Positions 26,545 to 40,612 of a stretch of DNA of 64,000 nucleotides are shown piece by piece. Each line of letters begins with the position of its first letter. Position 1 is the stretch's first letter. The stretch spans positions 107,384,001 through 107,448,000 of the forward strand of contig OX597817.1 of assembly GCA_951406725.2 (NCBI GenBank), read 5' to 3'. The notes beneath the pieces were generated by a model. It was given only the letters and a program-made list of their open reading frames with translations. It was not told the origin of the DNA and made no database searches. Origin of the DNA: Octopus vulgaris (Eukaryota). The position numbers and the translations under genes are program-made.

Positions 26545-26765
26545 AATGACAGAACTAACCCATCTGGTGGATGGAGTTGGCTATTTGCTAGATGCTCTCC
26601 ATAGTGCTAGCTTCTAGTTCATCGACATAATCTTGTGGGTCTGCTTTGGCCACTATGTTATTATCATCCACATAACATGAGTACATGGTTAGGATTATGG
26701 AGTTCTCTGCTAATCTCTTTTTGAGTTTCCTATCCCACCATGCTATAGATAGGTTAGCCACATCT
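26545..26765 (-). pseudogene. Penelope-like element reverse transcriptase relic
   Basis: ANLSIAWWD...MYSCYVDDNNIV followed, after a stop, by QIANSIH. Matches the PLE RT pattern AN.FM...RYVDD...NSIH. Confidence 0.65.
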
Positions 26766-27374
26766 TGTGTGTGTGTGTGTGTGTATTTGTGTCTTACATA
26801 ACTCCTTACCCGTTTCATCTACGAAGATCAGATCCAGCAAAATTACTTCCCAGGATAATATTGGTCATATTCGACAAAGAACCCCCTATATTCGATACAA
26901 GCGTGTAACCACCATCTTTGTATCTAACAAATGGCCAGCTGCTTTTCATAAAAAGAAAACCCAACTTTCTTACTTGTCTGTTAGCCAATTTTAACCCATT
27001 AGTTACTTACACTGTTATATAATTCTTACAGAAATTTATTGAAATTTTCTAGGAATTTCTAATAAAGGCAACGAATACGAATGTTATCTATTTGTACCTC
27101 ACAGTTTTTTTCTAGTTTTTCTTCTATTTTGTAGTTGCTACACTACTTCCATTCTTCTAGCAGTCGTCTATCACGTGGCCTGAACTGAACAATAGCAATG
27201 AACTTTATACATTATCAAAACAAAAGCAACCAGTTTTTTTTTTAGAACTCGGTCCCTCTGCCTTTTTCATCGAGAATATCTGAAAGTGTATCTCTACCTC
27301 CGTGAAACTGTGAGCAATGCTTATTTAAATTGCTCACTATCAATACATACATATATACATACATTTGTGTGTAG

Positions 27375-27434
<60 letters not shown>

Positions 27435-27786
27435 ATGTATTACGGTATCGATCAAATTATCGGGTGTGGTTATATACTGCTGGTCACAATGCGTTTCCTC
27501 GCATTGTTGTAGCCGTTGCCTATTCGGGCAGGCCAGCATTCCGCTGAATTGGAAGCCAGTTCATCTCAGCGCTATGAGTGAGTGGACCAACGTAAAATTA
27601 AGTATTTTGCTCAAGAACACATTGCACAAAACCAACATCCTACGGTCGTAAGTGCAGCATCCGAACCACAACGCCACTAACCGTCACACACACACACACA
27701 TGCACACGCATGCACACACACATATACATACATATATATATATATATTATATATATAATTAAAGGTGTCTGTTTACTTCCTGCCTG

Positions 27787-27829
<43 letters not shown>

Positions 27830-27845
<16 letters not shown>

Positions 27846-28196
27846 GGCAGTTTGTCTGTCTGCGTGTCTGTGTGTCTGTTAGGTTGTACCCTCACCCTGA
27901 CCACGGCTTTCAACCGTTTCTGATGAAACTTGACACACACATAGCCCAATGTCATAATTCAAAACTAACGCAGCGAAAATTTTGAAAAGTTCCCCCAGTT
28001 CTGAAAAAAATCGATAAATTCGACATAGGGTCGAGAATCAGAAACACAAACCACAGACTGTTTAGGGGACGCAACTCGACCTTTTTAACTCTCAAAAAAT
28101 TTACCATTTTTTTGCTATTTTTGGGCTATAACTCTCTAAAAATGCTTTATAGTTATTTCCCTTACAAACCCGAGCAACGCCGGGCGATACTGCTAG
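27830..28196 (+). mobile_element. Non-autonomous Helitron
   Basis: 3' hairpin CCCGAGC-AAC-GCCGGG (28169-28184), then CTAG|T at 28193-28197. The 5' end merges into (TA)n. Confidence 0.8.
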
Positions 28197-28220
28197 TATA
28201 TATATATATATATATATATA

Positions 28221-29627
28221 CAAACATGCAGGAAGTAAACAGACACCTTTAATTTTCTAAATTTCTGATCTAAGCGTATTAATATATTTTCAGCAGTGTA
28301 GAATTTACAACGTAATTATTCTTTTTCATTCCAGGTGCCATTATATTGAGCATTTGCGATGAGTAACCAAGCCACGCTCAAAAAATTCAGCAGAACTGTC
28401 AGATTTTGAAAGAGGTCGCATTGTTGGGCAATCTGAAGCTGGTCACCGAAATATTGCCAAATATTTTCAAATTCCTTTTGCTACTATTAATAGAATTATA
28501 GTGCAATTCAAAAAGAATCAACAGATTCCCGTCCCAGCCAACCTGGGCCTCGGAAAGTGAGCTTCGAAGTTTGAAGAGAATTGTGGAAAACGAACCCCGT
28601 TCTAAGGCTTCTGATACTGCAAAACAGCTAGAAGTTAGCCCCAGAACGTGTGTTACATATCTGAATAAGCTTAGGTATTATGGACGTGCAGCTAGAAGAA
28701 AACCTCTCCTTCAACCAATTAATATCATGAAAAGAAAAAAATGGGCTAAGGAGATGTCAGAAAAATCCATTTCATTTTAGGATAGAGTGATTTTCTCAGA
28801 TGAATCTAGATTTACATTATTTTCTGACAGTGGACGTGTTTGGGTCTGGAGGCTTCCCAATCAAAAATTTGATTTGTAACGACTCCAACCAGTTGTGAAA
28901 CATGGCGGTATCTCGGGTTCAAATTCCGCCGAGGTCGACTTTACCTTTCATCCTTTCGAGGTCGATAAATTAAGTACCAGTTACGCACTGGGGTCGATGT
29001 AATCGACTTAATACCTATGTCTGTCCTTGTTTGTCCCCTCTGTGTTTAGCCCCTTGTGGGTAATAAAGAAATAGGTATCTCTGTAATGGTATGGGCAGCT
29101 GTCACCAGCAATGGTCGTTCTGAGTTGATCGAATGTGTTGGAACAATAAACTCTGAAGAATACATCGAAATACTTAAGCAAGGACTACTTGCGATGTATT
29201 CACACGATAGCATAACGAAAAATGAGATTTTATTCACGGAAGATGGGGCTCCATGGCAAACAACAAAAAGGAATCAACAATGGTTGACTGAAAATGGGAT
29301 CAAAAAGCCAATCTCCTGACATGAACCCAACTGAACATCTTTGGAGCATACTAGATAGAGCTATACGAAAAATTCAATAGAAACCTAAATCTAAAGATGA
29401 ATCGTTTCGATTGTTGCTTAAAAAGTGGACAATATAATCCACAAGAGACAATCATAAAGCTCATCAGTTCAATGCCAAAAAGAGTTTCTGTATTAAAATC
29501 TGCAAAGGGAATGTCAGCTAAATACTAAAGTATGTCCTACCTATCCATTACATTGCAATTGTTCACTTTGCGTATTAAATAAAAGATTTTGAAAAGTAAA
29601 GGTGTCTATTTACTTCCTGCATGTCTG
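28221..29627 (+). mobile_element. Decayed Tc1 (DD34E) transposon with SINE insertion
   Basis: TIRs of about 37 bp (CA.ACATGCAGGAAGTAAA.AGACACCTTTA.TTTTC). Motifs ARRKPLL, VIFSDESRF, KHGG|ISVMVW, EDGAP and SPDMNPTEHLW. Confidence 0.92.
28915..29073 (+). mobile_element. 5'-truncated SINE inside the Tc1 transposase
   Basis: 8-bp TSD GGTATCTC (28907-28914, 29074-29081). Removing the insert restores KHGGISVMVW. Confidence 0.9.
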
Positions 29628-29789
29628 TGTATATATATATGTATGGGCGTCTTTCAGTTTCCATCTACCAAATCCGCTCACAAGGTATTGGTCGGTCCGA
29701 GGCTATAGTAGAAGACACTTGATATATATGCATATGTATGTGTGTTTGAGTGTGCGTGTGTGTGTAATGCACATATATACATATAAATT

Positions 29790-30139
29790 CAGCAAAATTT
29801 AGATTCAGATGAATATGGTACTTAAGTTAAAGGCACCAGAATTTTGTATGGTATAATCCATATAAATCAAATGGGGTGATTATAATCAAAATAAGCAACA
29901 AGGATATCCAAGGTAGTGTAGTACACTTGTTTCGTGCTACTTCATTTTATTAAACACTGTAAGTATTACATCAGTTTTAAAATGTCGAGCATTGTCCGTT
30001 TAATTAAAAAAATTCTATATGTGGCTGAAGATTGCTCGACATTTTAAAACTGATGTAATACTTACAGCGTTTAATAAAATGAAGTAGCACGAAACAATTG
30101 TACTACACTACCTTGGATATCCTTGTTGCTCATTTTGAT

Positions 30140-30142
<3 letters not shown>
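29790..30142. mobile_element. HHR-bearing foldback element ending in (TA)n
   Basis: Arms 29882-29991 and 30033-30142. The left arm continues outward into an unpaired tail containing TGGGGTGATTATA. Confidence 0.85.
30020..30107 (+). ncRNA. Type I hammerhead with long bulged stem II
   Basis: TGTGG-CTGAAGA-TTGCT..CATTTTA...TAAAATG..AGCAC-GAAA-CAATTG-TA-CTACA. Palindromic ACAATTGT stem III. The first stem II pair is a T/C mismatch. Confidence 0.75.
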
Positions 30143-30186
<44 letters not shown>

Positions 30187-30249
30187 TGCATATAATTACG
30201 CCCACACTCAAACGTGCATATGCATTTATGAACAGACGTATGTGTTTAC

Positions 30250-30290
<41 letters not shown>

Positions 30291-31035
30291 TGTGTCTGTG
30301 TCTGTCTGTCTGTGTCTGTCTGTGTTTTTACATGTGTATAAGATATGCGTGTGAATGCATCCCATACCTTCCTTTACAAAATTTTCAAGCACCATTTCTA
30401 TGTTGAAATCAATATTTGTTATGAATCAGTAATGATTATTTATGTGTAGGAAAGGGTTCTAAAATGATTTAGATTGGCGAATGAAGTATGTCACGTAACA
30501 TAAAGAATTACGAGATTTATAGATTATATTTGGTTCTTTTTCCCCACACTATTCATCAGTCGGCTGTAATAATTCTACTCTCTTCCCACGTTATTTCAAA
30601 TCCTTTGTAAATATTCATTAAATTCTATCTGTCCAGTATTTCTTTGGCTCTCTTTTATTATTTATTTATTTATTTACCGAGCTCGGGTGTAGGTCAAAAT
30701 TGTTACAGGCAAGATTTGAACTCGGAACGTAGAATTATGCTTCTACCGTATTTACTCAAGCACGATGCGATCTCGAATATAAAGCGATCCCTGAGTAAGC
30801 GCCAATTTACCTTTTTACCATTTACTTGTTTCACTTATTAGACAGTGGCCAAGCTGGGGTACTGCCTAGAAGGGATTTAGTCGAAGAAATTAATCCCCAG
30901 GACCTATCTTTTAATGCCTGATACTTATTCTACCGCTCATGTATGATTATATGTGTATATATATGAATACAATATATATGTGTCTGAATATACATAATAT
31001 ACATATATATGAATATATATATATATATACACAGA

Positions 31036-31260
31036 GGTAAAATATGAAAAATCAACGAAAATGCACATTGCAAATAAAAAAAGGTTATTTATGACAGGTA
31101 ACGACAAATATATACATTACCTGACGTTACCTGCTATATATATATTTGTCGTTACCTGTCATAAAAAGCATCTTTTTTATTTGCAATGTGCATTTTCGTT
31201 GATTTTTCATATTTTACCCTTACATTTCCACGTATTTTATATTTTCTTTTTGTAACATAT
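31036..31260. mobile_element. Short foldback in (TA)n without a recognisable HHR
   Basis: Arms 31036-31114 and about 31139-31218, ending in ATTTTACCCTTAC as the 26 kb element does. Confidence 0.8.
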
Positions 31261-31263
31261 TTC

Positions 31264-31312
<49 letters not shown>

Positions 31313-34244
31313 GTTATACACATATACACACATATACACACATTAGGAAGTTAAATGTTATGGCCTCTCATAAAGTGGCCATTGGTTTCACATCCCTAAA
31401 ATGCTTAGCAGTATAGGTGACTTGTAAGACTCAAATGGCTGAAGGTGCGTTACCTCTCTACAATCGGCAGATGAAGCAGAAATACATATACCTAAGAACA
31501 ATTATTTTCTGTGACTATCATAAATAAGTCTCAACTTTGGTCTCAGCTTACTGATAAACACTCGAATACAATATTGAATGTGACTGCACCTCAGTCTTTG
31601 ACATCAAAGGTTGATGCCCTGTACCCTAAAAAGGGGTACCAAGTATCAAGGAATAACAGTTCAGAATGTATGGCTGATTAATTAAGGTAGATAAACTCAT
31701 TTTTGTTAATTCGTTTGCTTGCTTATTTTAAGAGCGTCACGGAAACACGTGAGTAGAATATATTCACATACATTTTTCTCTTATTCCCTTACGTATTCAC
31801 AAATTACTCATACCGCACTTATTTTGCCCAGCCCAGCTGTATACGGTGTGTTCGCACTGTATTTGGTTTGCCATATTAAATGGGTTTCGCACCCTGCACT
31901 GCATGATTATTCTGCAAGAAATAGTAGCCAAATCTCCTAAAAATCACGTCTTCCTGTTTTTAAAATATACTGGTTAATATAGTCCTCCATACTCTGGATA
32001 AAATACAGGATGGTCATGGTTGGAACGATATCGATCATTGATTTGTCTGCTCTGTTATGACAGATCTAGAACAAAAGGTAACAAGAACCAAGAAGTGAAG
32101 CAATTATATATCTGTAGGCTATGGTCACTGTTAATCACCATGTCAGTTCTGATAAAGCAAACCAATGATAAAAAAAAAGAAAACGTCCCAGCCAAGGTCA
32201 TTTGATTTTATTTGCAGAAAATGTACCTAGGATTATATTACCCTATGTAATGTGTGGCTCGAGGGTAATTTGGCTACTACTTCTGTCTAGCAGACATGTT
32301 CTCGCTGACACGATTCGTGAGATATTATATCACAATATGCAGACAAAGATAGCACAGATAGAATAGTAGGAAGGAAAGAAGGGTGGGAACGTTGGAAGGA
32401 AATAGAGAAAGGGAGAGAGAGGGGGGGAGAAACGGCTATTCCTTTCATTCTTGAAATGGAGTGCAGATTTCCGCTATGAATTGCCCAGGTGTGCGAGATA
32501 ATCTTAAGAAATTCTCGGTTATTTAACAGAAAGACCGGTGGGGAGGAATGGAAAAGAAGTTTTTCTATTTTGCTATTATGAAATAAATGCAATATACAAT
32601 AAACTGACTTATAACTCAGAGCCACATGAATTGAGAAATTAATGTTTTCATATATACATATAAATATCAACAAATTCGCGCGCGCACACAGACACACACA
32701 CAGACACACACAATACACACGCAACACACACGCACATACGCACGCTCGCATGCACACAAACACATACACGCGCGCACACACACACACACACATGCTATAT
32801 CTATACACCCATGGACATCGAGCCAGAGTGGCAGCCTCTATGTGGTAGCTCGACCCGCTAGAAATAGCAACTAAATTTCCATCAAACAACACCTGCCTGT
32901 TTTTTCTTCTTCCTTTAAAGAGCACCTTAGATAATGTGGTCTTTGGTTTCCTGCGCATAGATAAAAGATAGCATCGTTATGACCACAGTGCCTTTGATCA
33001 TAAGTGTGCTTGGTAAAAGCTGACTTAGGAGTAGACAGCTATAAGAACCTAATATCATACACAAATGTGAATAAATAGATATTACACATATATAAGTGTA
33101 TGTCTGCTTTTGCATATTTATTTATTAACTATTTTGTTAATATATACATTTTGTGTATGAATACCCCTGGCTCTGAATGACCAGATTTATAATCAATAGC
33201 ATTCCCGCGGAATATTATTCATTTTAGAGACTGATGGCGATTTTGCTGCTGTTTCTAGCATATCTAGAGACCAGGTAGCAACGCGCCCGTTGACTCTTCC
33301 TGAAAAAATATTTAATAATGGTAAAAGAAAGCATACACTCATATACATGTAATCTGTTCGTTCTCTATAAATATATTTTGTAATCAGCACAAAAATCTTG
33401 AGTGCTGTGTAGAAACTGAATAACTTCGTTTCGTTTTATATTCTTGTAGTTAAATGTTTTATTTTCTTTTTTTATCTTTCTCGTATTTTCCTATTCATAG
33501 CAGTTAATTTTACTAACAAAACTAAAATAAATTTTTAAAAAGGTATCAACAACATCAAGCATAAAAATGGCGTATGTCGTTATACAGCAAGAAAATGTCG
33601 ACACACACCGACAACATTCTCCTCGAACGTTTGTCATTATTCTTAAAATAAATGTAGACTAATTTACTTGAGTGACTTGAATCTAAGGGATCTATCAATC
33701 TTTCTCATACATCTTAATTGTTTCCTGGTCACTTGATGGTAAAAACTACCGACTTCTTTACAAATTCCACTACTTCGGCTACTTATTCTTGACGCAAATA
33801 ATCTGTAGGACATTTAATGATTAAGAATTTCTGATAATCTCCCTCAAGTTGTTTTCAATTAAGTCCCCGTTATATTTTTAAAAACTATATTGAAGCTTTA
33901 TGATGTAAAATCTGTCATTGGCGAATGACAAAAAGTTACTTTAATCAATACATACCCACTCAGCAAGAGATTTATCATTTCTCGCTCAATGGCTGCGTAT
34001 GGAATAAAGTAAACTATATTAGTCAAAATTTTGATGTAAAAATTTAGCTAATTAGAGGTCTATTCGCAAATAAACATGTTTATTAAAATCTTGTGTAGTA
34101 AAGGTTTTCCTGACATTTCCAGGGGCAACAAACAAAATAGAAAATGTTTGAACAAACTTGTATTGCAGCACGTGATTTGAAAGAAGTAAACACCTAAAAA
34201 TAATTATTGCCTTTAGATGGATTTGGTAATATGGTTGGCAGCGG

Positions 34245-34276
<32 letters not shown>

Positions 34277-34310
34277 GGTACATACATACATACATACATA
34301 CATACATACA

Positions 34311-34341
<31 letters not shown>

Positions 34342-35689
34342 GTCAAGCATGAGTTTCACAGTTGGAAGGTACTGTATCTTTGTAATAACTGTCTTAAAGT
34401 GTGAGATTCTGAAAATAGACAGGTTTCAGTCGAAGTGGTTGTGACAAAATTTTGCATCTTTGCCAGAACTGCTTGAAGAACATGCAAGGGAAAAGTTGAC
34501 GTGTTTTCTTCTCAAAGGAGTTGGACTTTCTTTATTCCATTAAGAGACTAATTAAAGGAAGTCCTGTTCGATGTATGAACCAGCATTTTATTCATCGAGC
34601 GGAGCAAAGATAACGGACCATCTGCCTGGCCTTCGAAACCGAAGGTGAAGTGCAACTTCAAGCAGAGATAGGTCATGAGCCAACGAAACACAAAACATAA
34701 CCGCCAGGGCCATTTGCAGAACACACTGACTATTGGCTGGTTGTGACTTTTGTAATGATGTGTGGTTGACAGGTAAGCGCAAAGGTGACAAGAAACGACA
34801 CCTGAACTAGAGGCGCAGCATGAACTTGTAAGCTCTTACGATTAGTCATAATCATAGTGCCATTCCAAAACTGGACCCTGTTGAAGACGAAGTGATAAAT
34901 ATGACAGGACCCGCAATAAACGTCTGAAATTCCAGGTGCTATACTTGTGGCAACAAAATTACCACTTTTCACCATCAAAATATGAGAGGGAATAGTTGAC
35001 CGCAGAAAAAAAGTTACATAGACTGCTTTTCAACAGTACATCGGCTGAAAATCCGCAAATTACCGAAAACTTGATCCGTTCTTGGCCTCAGAAGTGGGCA
35101 AAACCGGATCTACTCCTACCAGCAACATCCCATTTACTTGCAAAGACAGGGGACGATAGGAGCTAAGGAGTGATAAACTGTTACAACGAAAGAAAAAACA
35201 ATACACAAAAAATAAGAGAACCTTGTCAGAAAGTTTCCAAGAGACTGGAGAGGAAACTAGTAGTTTCAGGGTTGTGAGGGGAAATAACTTTGGACTACTC
35301 TAATTTTAAAAAATGTAATCTAGAGGATATAGATGCGAGGTGGTAAGAGAGGTATGATATGTAAACGGGAAAGGGGAGTATGGACTTGTAATACCTTACG
35401 ATCCCTTATTTCCGTGTAAATCTTTTATTATATAACTTTTAAATTCGTCCAGTCATATACTGTATAACATTTTCCGGCTTATTCTTCGGCTTTGCATGTC
35501 TTCTCTGTCCACCCCTCATATACTTGTAAGCCTCCTGTTTAATGTTATTGTATACTTTTCTGTTTTCCTTCGAACACTTGTGGATAATGATCATGATGAT
35601 GATGATCATCATCATCATTGTTATTATTATAACTATTACATGCTATCTTATGTAACAGGGGTGTTGTCCTGAGGCTTATTGACAAGTCT

Positions 35690-36110
35690 CCTCAACATTA
35701 GGGTTCTTGCAGAATATAGGATTGCACTTCTCGGCAGGTCAACAATGTGAATCGTAATTCCAAGATCCATCAGTGTTTTAGGTAATAGTTTGGATGCTGT
35801 GTCAAGTGCACCAATTACCACAGGAATAATTATCATCTCAATCTTGCACCATCTCTTCGTTTTTCTGGCTAGGTCCTGATATTTTTAATTTCTTCAGCTT
35901 CTTTGGTATCTGCTTTGTTATATGTAATTGTATATGCTTCTATACTGTTTGTCTCTTTTGTCCTCTATAAACATTTCTGGTTGATTTGCTTCAATAATAT
36001 GGTCAATCTTTATCGAGAAGCCCCCTAAAATTCTGTAATTCTGATTCTCTATAACAACCTCTGTTTCGTGCTCATGCCACATACCACTTTTCTTGTTACT
36101 TGGAAGCCAC
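35690..36110 (-). mobile_element. R4/Dong RLE 3' fragment
   Basis: W.EHE.E.V.EN...IL..F.I..DH.IEANQPE and IPVVIGAL...SAILYSARTL. Confidence 0.8.
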
Positions 36111-37474
36111 ACGTTATGTTACCTTTTTACCTACACTGTCATACCTGAGCTTAAACTAGAAATTGCTGATTTTGTGCCCAAATTAGAAACATTATTAACG
36201 CTATTGAGGCGCATTAAATATACTCAATATTTTCTGATTCACGTATGTAGGGTTAGTGATTTACACACCACTGAAAAATTCACTGACATATAATGTACAT
36301 TAACTAGAAGGGGACTCGAGCATTGATAGATAGTTTTAAATAAATTACATTGTCCTAAGGAGCAAATATTCCAATGTTTCAGGATCTTACTCTCCAGAAA
36401 AAAAGCAAAATGTTATCCGACATTCAGTGAACTATTGTATTTTTAAAATTTATTGTTCCAGAGGCAGTCGTTGTTCATATATTTCCTCGAATTCCAAAAT
36501 TCCTCGTAAATGGAACACATTTAGCAGAAATTATTTATTTCCCAACTATATTCATAGTGGATCGAGGGAATGTCTACCTGTGGCATGACCTGCAACAAAT
36601 AACAAATGAATCTCTTTCAAATTACTCACCGCTTAGATTCGAGTTTCACTGTGTAGCATATGTGTGTTTGTGTGCATCTGTATGTATGACATGCATATAT
36701 ATTATGCATATATATATGCATATATATACATATATACATATATATATATATGTATATATATATACACATATACACGCACACACATATATATGCATATATA
36801 AGTGTGTGTAAGTGTGTATGTATATGTATCCATCTGATGTTTGTGTTTATACAGTGATACCACTTAAAAAACGATGTCTAACTTTACAGTTCGTCAAATA
36901 AGATAAATAGCAGACTTTAAGATAAGTTTTAGGTCGATCTTTTCCACCTCACACCTCAGCGTGGCTGCAATTAAATGACTGAGAATAAAATAAAATGGTA
37001 AACACTAAAATTGTGGGATCGTTACGATTGGAAAACCTTTGATTTTTAGATTTCTGAATCAGGGTTGAATAGAATCCGAACAGCAACAACAACGAAAACA
37101 ACAACAGTAACACCACCTAAACCACCACCACCACCACCACCACCACCACCACCACCACCACCACAACAACAACAACATCTCTACACCTCATCAACAATCT
37201 TGCACAGCAATATAAGATGCAATGGAAACACCACTACAGTATTACAAAACGTGTGTGTGTGTGTAAAAGATATACACACACATATGCGACAGCTCACTAA
37301 TGTTTCAAAAATATCAAGTTATATGTTTTATGCGGGCAGTGCGTGAGACACCGTTTAATTAGGTATTATTGGAACTTGTGAGATCTACAGCTGCGACTGT
37401 ATAAAAGAAAGGTTTGCTTGTTTTAGCTTCATACAAACAGCTAACTTCTGCGAGTCACGCAATTATAGTGAAAC

Positions 37475-37588
<114 letters not shown>

Positions 37589-37717
37589 CATACATACACA
37601 CACACACACACACACTACATGCATGATCGAAGCCATCACTAGAACTGTAAGATTCTGTAAACTTCCCAGAAGTTTATCCTTTAAGTATATATGAGCATGT
37701 CTAGATATGCTAGTATA

Positions 37718-39354
37718 CCGTAAATCCTCGAGTATAATACGCATTCTTTTAAAAAAATTTAAAGGTCAAAATCCCTATATGCGTACTATATACAAGGCTA
37801 AAAATGATAAATATTTTCTAAGCAATGTCCGAGTCTCTATTTGCTGTCCGGCAAAGTTTATTCAGACGCATTTTGTGATGTCGGGTGCGAAAATACCTTA
37901 AGCTAAGCCTGAAAGCAATGAAGTCATAAAAGGATCATCCATAACTTGCAGTAAGCAACATTTATTAAAATAAAAGTATTCAGAACAAAGAATAACATGT
38001 AACAAAAACAATTTGCAAACATATTTACATTCTCATATAACAGTTAAGAACATCACTATTATTGTATTACGCATGCGCGAAAGTGTTTGTTCGACTAGGT
38101 GCTGCTGGCTTAATTACGCACGAATTGTGCTTAATAGTTTAGCGCTAAATAGTTCATCCTGCTGTTTGTATTGGCAGTTTGCATCATTATCGTGGATACT
38201 TAATTAAATACCAGTATTAAATGTTTGAACTACTGTGGGTCTTTAGTAGGGTTTTTTTTTTATAGGCGGGACTTAAACCTCTATATTAATCTCCAATAAA
38301 ATATTTTATACATTACATGCCCATAAAATGCCTCGTAGATCTTATTCAGCTGTGTTTAAACTTGAAGTTATATCATATGCTGAAGAGCATGGTAATAGGG
38401 CCGCCGGAAGAAAATTTGATGTTAACGAAAGCAACGTCAGGTTATGGAGAAGAAATAAAGATGAAATTAAACAGATGCCAAAGATAAAGAAGGCAAGAAG
38501 CGGAGGAAAGCCAAACATCCTGAGCTTGAAAAATTTTTTGCTTGAATGGGTAGAGGAAAGAAGACTTGGTAGAATAGCCATTAATACAGTACATTTGAGG
38601 CTACAGGCAAAACTCATTGCTAAAAAGATAAAACTTAATGAGTCAGAATTTAAAGCATCTCGTGGCATAAAGTCGTTCTTTAAAGCATCACGTGCCATCA
38701 AGGCATAAAGTCGTTCACTAAAGGTGGAAGAGTTCACGCTCCCAACTTGACTTTGATATGCAAATGGATCGTGTATGCATGGAATGAACTTGATTCCCAG
38801 ATTATTGTGAAAGGTTTTATGAAATGTTGTATATCGTCTGCACTGGATGGTACTCAGGATGACGTTGTATAGAAAGATGAAATAAATGAAATTGAATCTT
38901 CTGATGTTGTCTATGAATCTGACGATGATGGAGATTTACATTATAATGACGCTGACATGTTTACGGAGGAACAAATGAAAGTTATTTGATGCTGAAAGTG
39001 ACGTTGAATTTGAATAAATGCTTTTGCTTTTGCTTTTGTAACTGATAGTGATAAATATGTAAAGGCAATTTACTTAATACTTATTTTTTACTTACGTTAT
39101 TACTGTCATTTCTTTATTTTCTGCAAGCAAAATGCACAAAAAGCTACACGTTTGCATTATGTTATATATACAATAATAATAAAGGACGTTACCGTATACA
39201 TTTTTACAAACCAAGCACGTTATATAGACCTCTTTGACTCAAGCTAGAGAAGGGCTGCGTATTATACACAAGGTTTAAGTTTTTCAGAGGTACAGCCCCC
39301 TAAAAATCCCCTGCGTATTATACTTAAGGGCGGACTATACTCAAGGATTCACGG
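37718..39354 (+). mobile_element. pogo/Tigger-family transposon with the DDE domain deleted
   Basis: TIRs CCGTAAATCCTCGAGTATA / TATACTCAAGGATTCACGG with TA TSD. ORF 38328-38708 is a Brinker-like HTH plus CENP-B HTH (RRSYSAVFKL..AAGRKF.V....VRLW; FKASRG). C-terminal remnant WIVYAW..IVKGFMKCCISSALDGTQDD at about 38765-38870. Confidence 0.92.
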
Positions 39355-39760
39355 TATGCATGAGAATACAAACATAAAACAAAGCATACCAATCTGCACG
39401 TAGACATACAAATATACAAAAATACCCTGTTAGCGATGTTTAAATTCCAGTGAAGGAGCCTTAGATCTAGATTAGAAACTGGCTCTTTCTCTATTGACAT
39501 GAAGTTTTTTAATAAAACTGAATAATGACATGCATACATGTACATACATACATACATACATACATACATACATACATACATACATACATACATACATACA
39601 TACATGTACATACATACACACATACATATATATATACATACATACATACATATACATACATATATGTTTTGTTGTCGCCTGTTACGTTCTTCCATTTTTT
39701 GTTTTCTTTTTTATATATACATATAGCGGTGTACGTACACTTTTGATCTCCTGTATGTAA

Positions 39761-39820
<60 letters not shown>

Positions 39821-40214
39821 TCTGTACCACTCTCTTACTCTTTCTTTCAGCCCCTTCACACTTCGTTCTTTCTGCTTTTCTTTTTATCGTTCCCTCTCTC
39901 TCACATTTCTTGGCCTTCCCTTCATTCTCACTTACCCTCCTTTCATTTCTTTTTCTTTCTTTTTCTCTCTTTCTCGTCCTTTCCTAATTCTTCAATCCCT
40001 CTGCCCCTACCTCTCCCCTCTCCTTCCACGTGACCGGTGTTCCGCCAAGCCTGACCTTTCTTTCTTGGCTCGATTACCATCCATGTAGCATCTCTTATCT
40101 TCCTTCCCATGACTTTCATCTCTTATGTCCCTGCCGTAAGGCGTCACGTCCACACATGCCAGCTTAATTTAATTCGTCGTTAGTCGAAAGACAACTGTTG
40201 TTAATGCCCTGTTG

Positions 40215-40492
40215 TTTGTATTTGTAATTGTGTACCATTTTTCCGTTTTTTTAAACTTGTTTTCGATTACATTCGCTTGCTTTCTTCTAAGGAATCTAAT
40301 GCCCTTAGCTTAGATTTTTGGAGCAGTCTCGAGTGTAACCAGCCGAAACTGCAAAGATAATCTGGTACTTGACTGAGGATAGGAAGCTCCGAATGACCCG
40401 TCCAGTTTTTCCTGTAGTTTTTTTTTTGTATCGTCTAACTGTCTGGATGTATTGTTGTCGCCTGTTACGTTTTCAATTTTTTTGCTTTCTTT
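40215..40492 (+). repeat. Structured microsatellite-flanked repeat, copy 1
   Basis: Homologous to 40755-41025; an isolated 3' tail occurs at about 39665-39715. Confidence 0.8.
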
Positions 40493-40612
40493 ACACACAC
40501 ACACACACACACACGCACGCGCGCGCGCACACACACACACAGTCTCCATGTTGGACCACTGAACTCAACACGCATTTTTTTTCATTCTCTCTCTAGTTAT
40601 TTCCTCTTATTC

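Noticed and set aside
27917-27930. CTGATGAAAC inside the Helitron
   Set aside because: No stem II or stem I; a chance motif.
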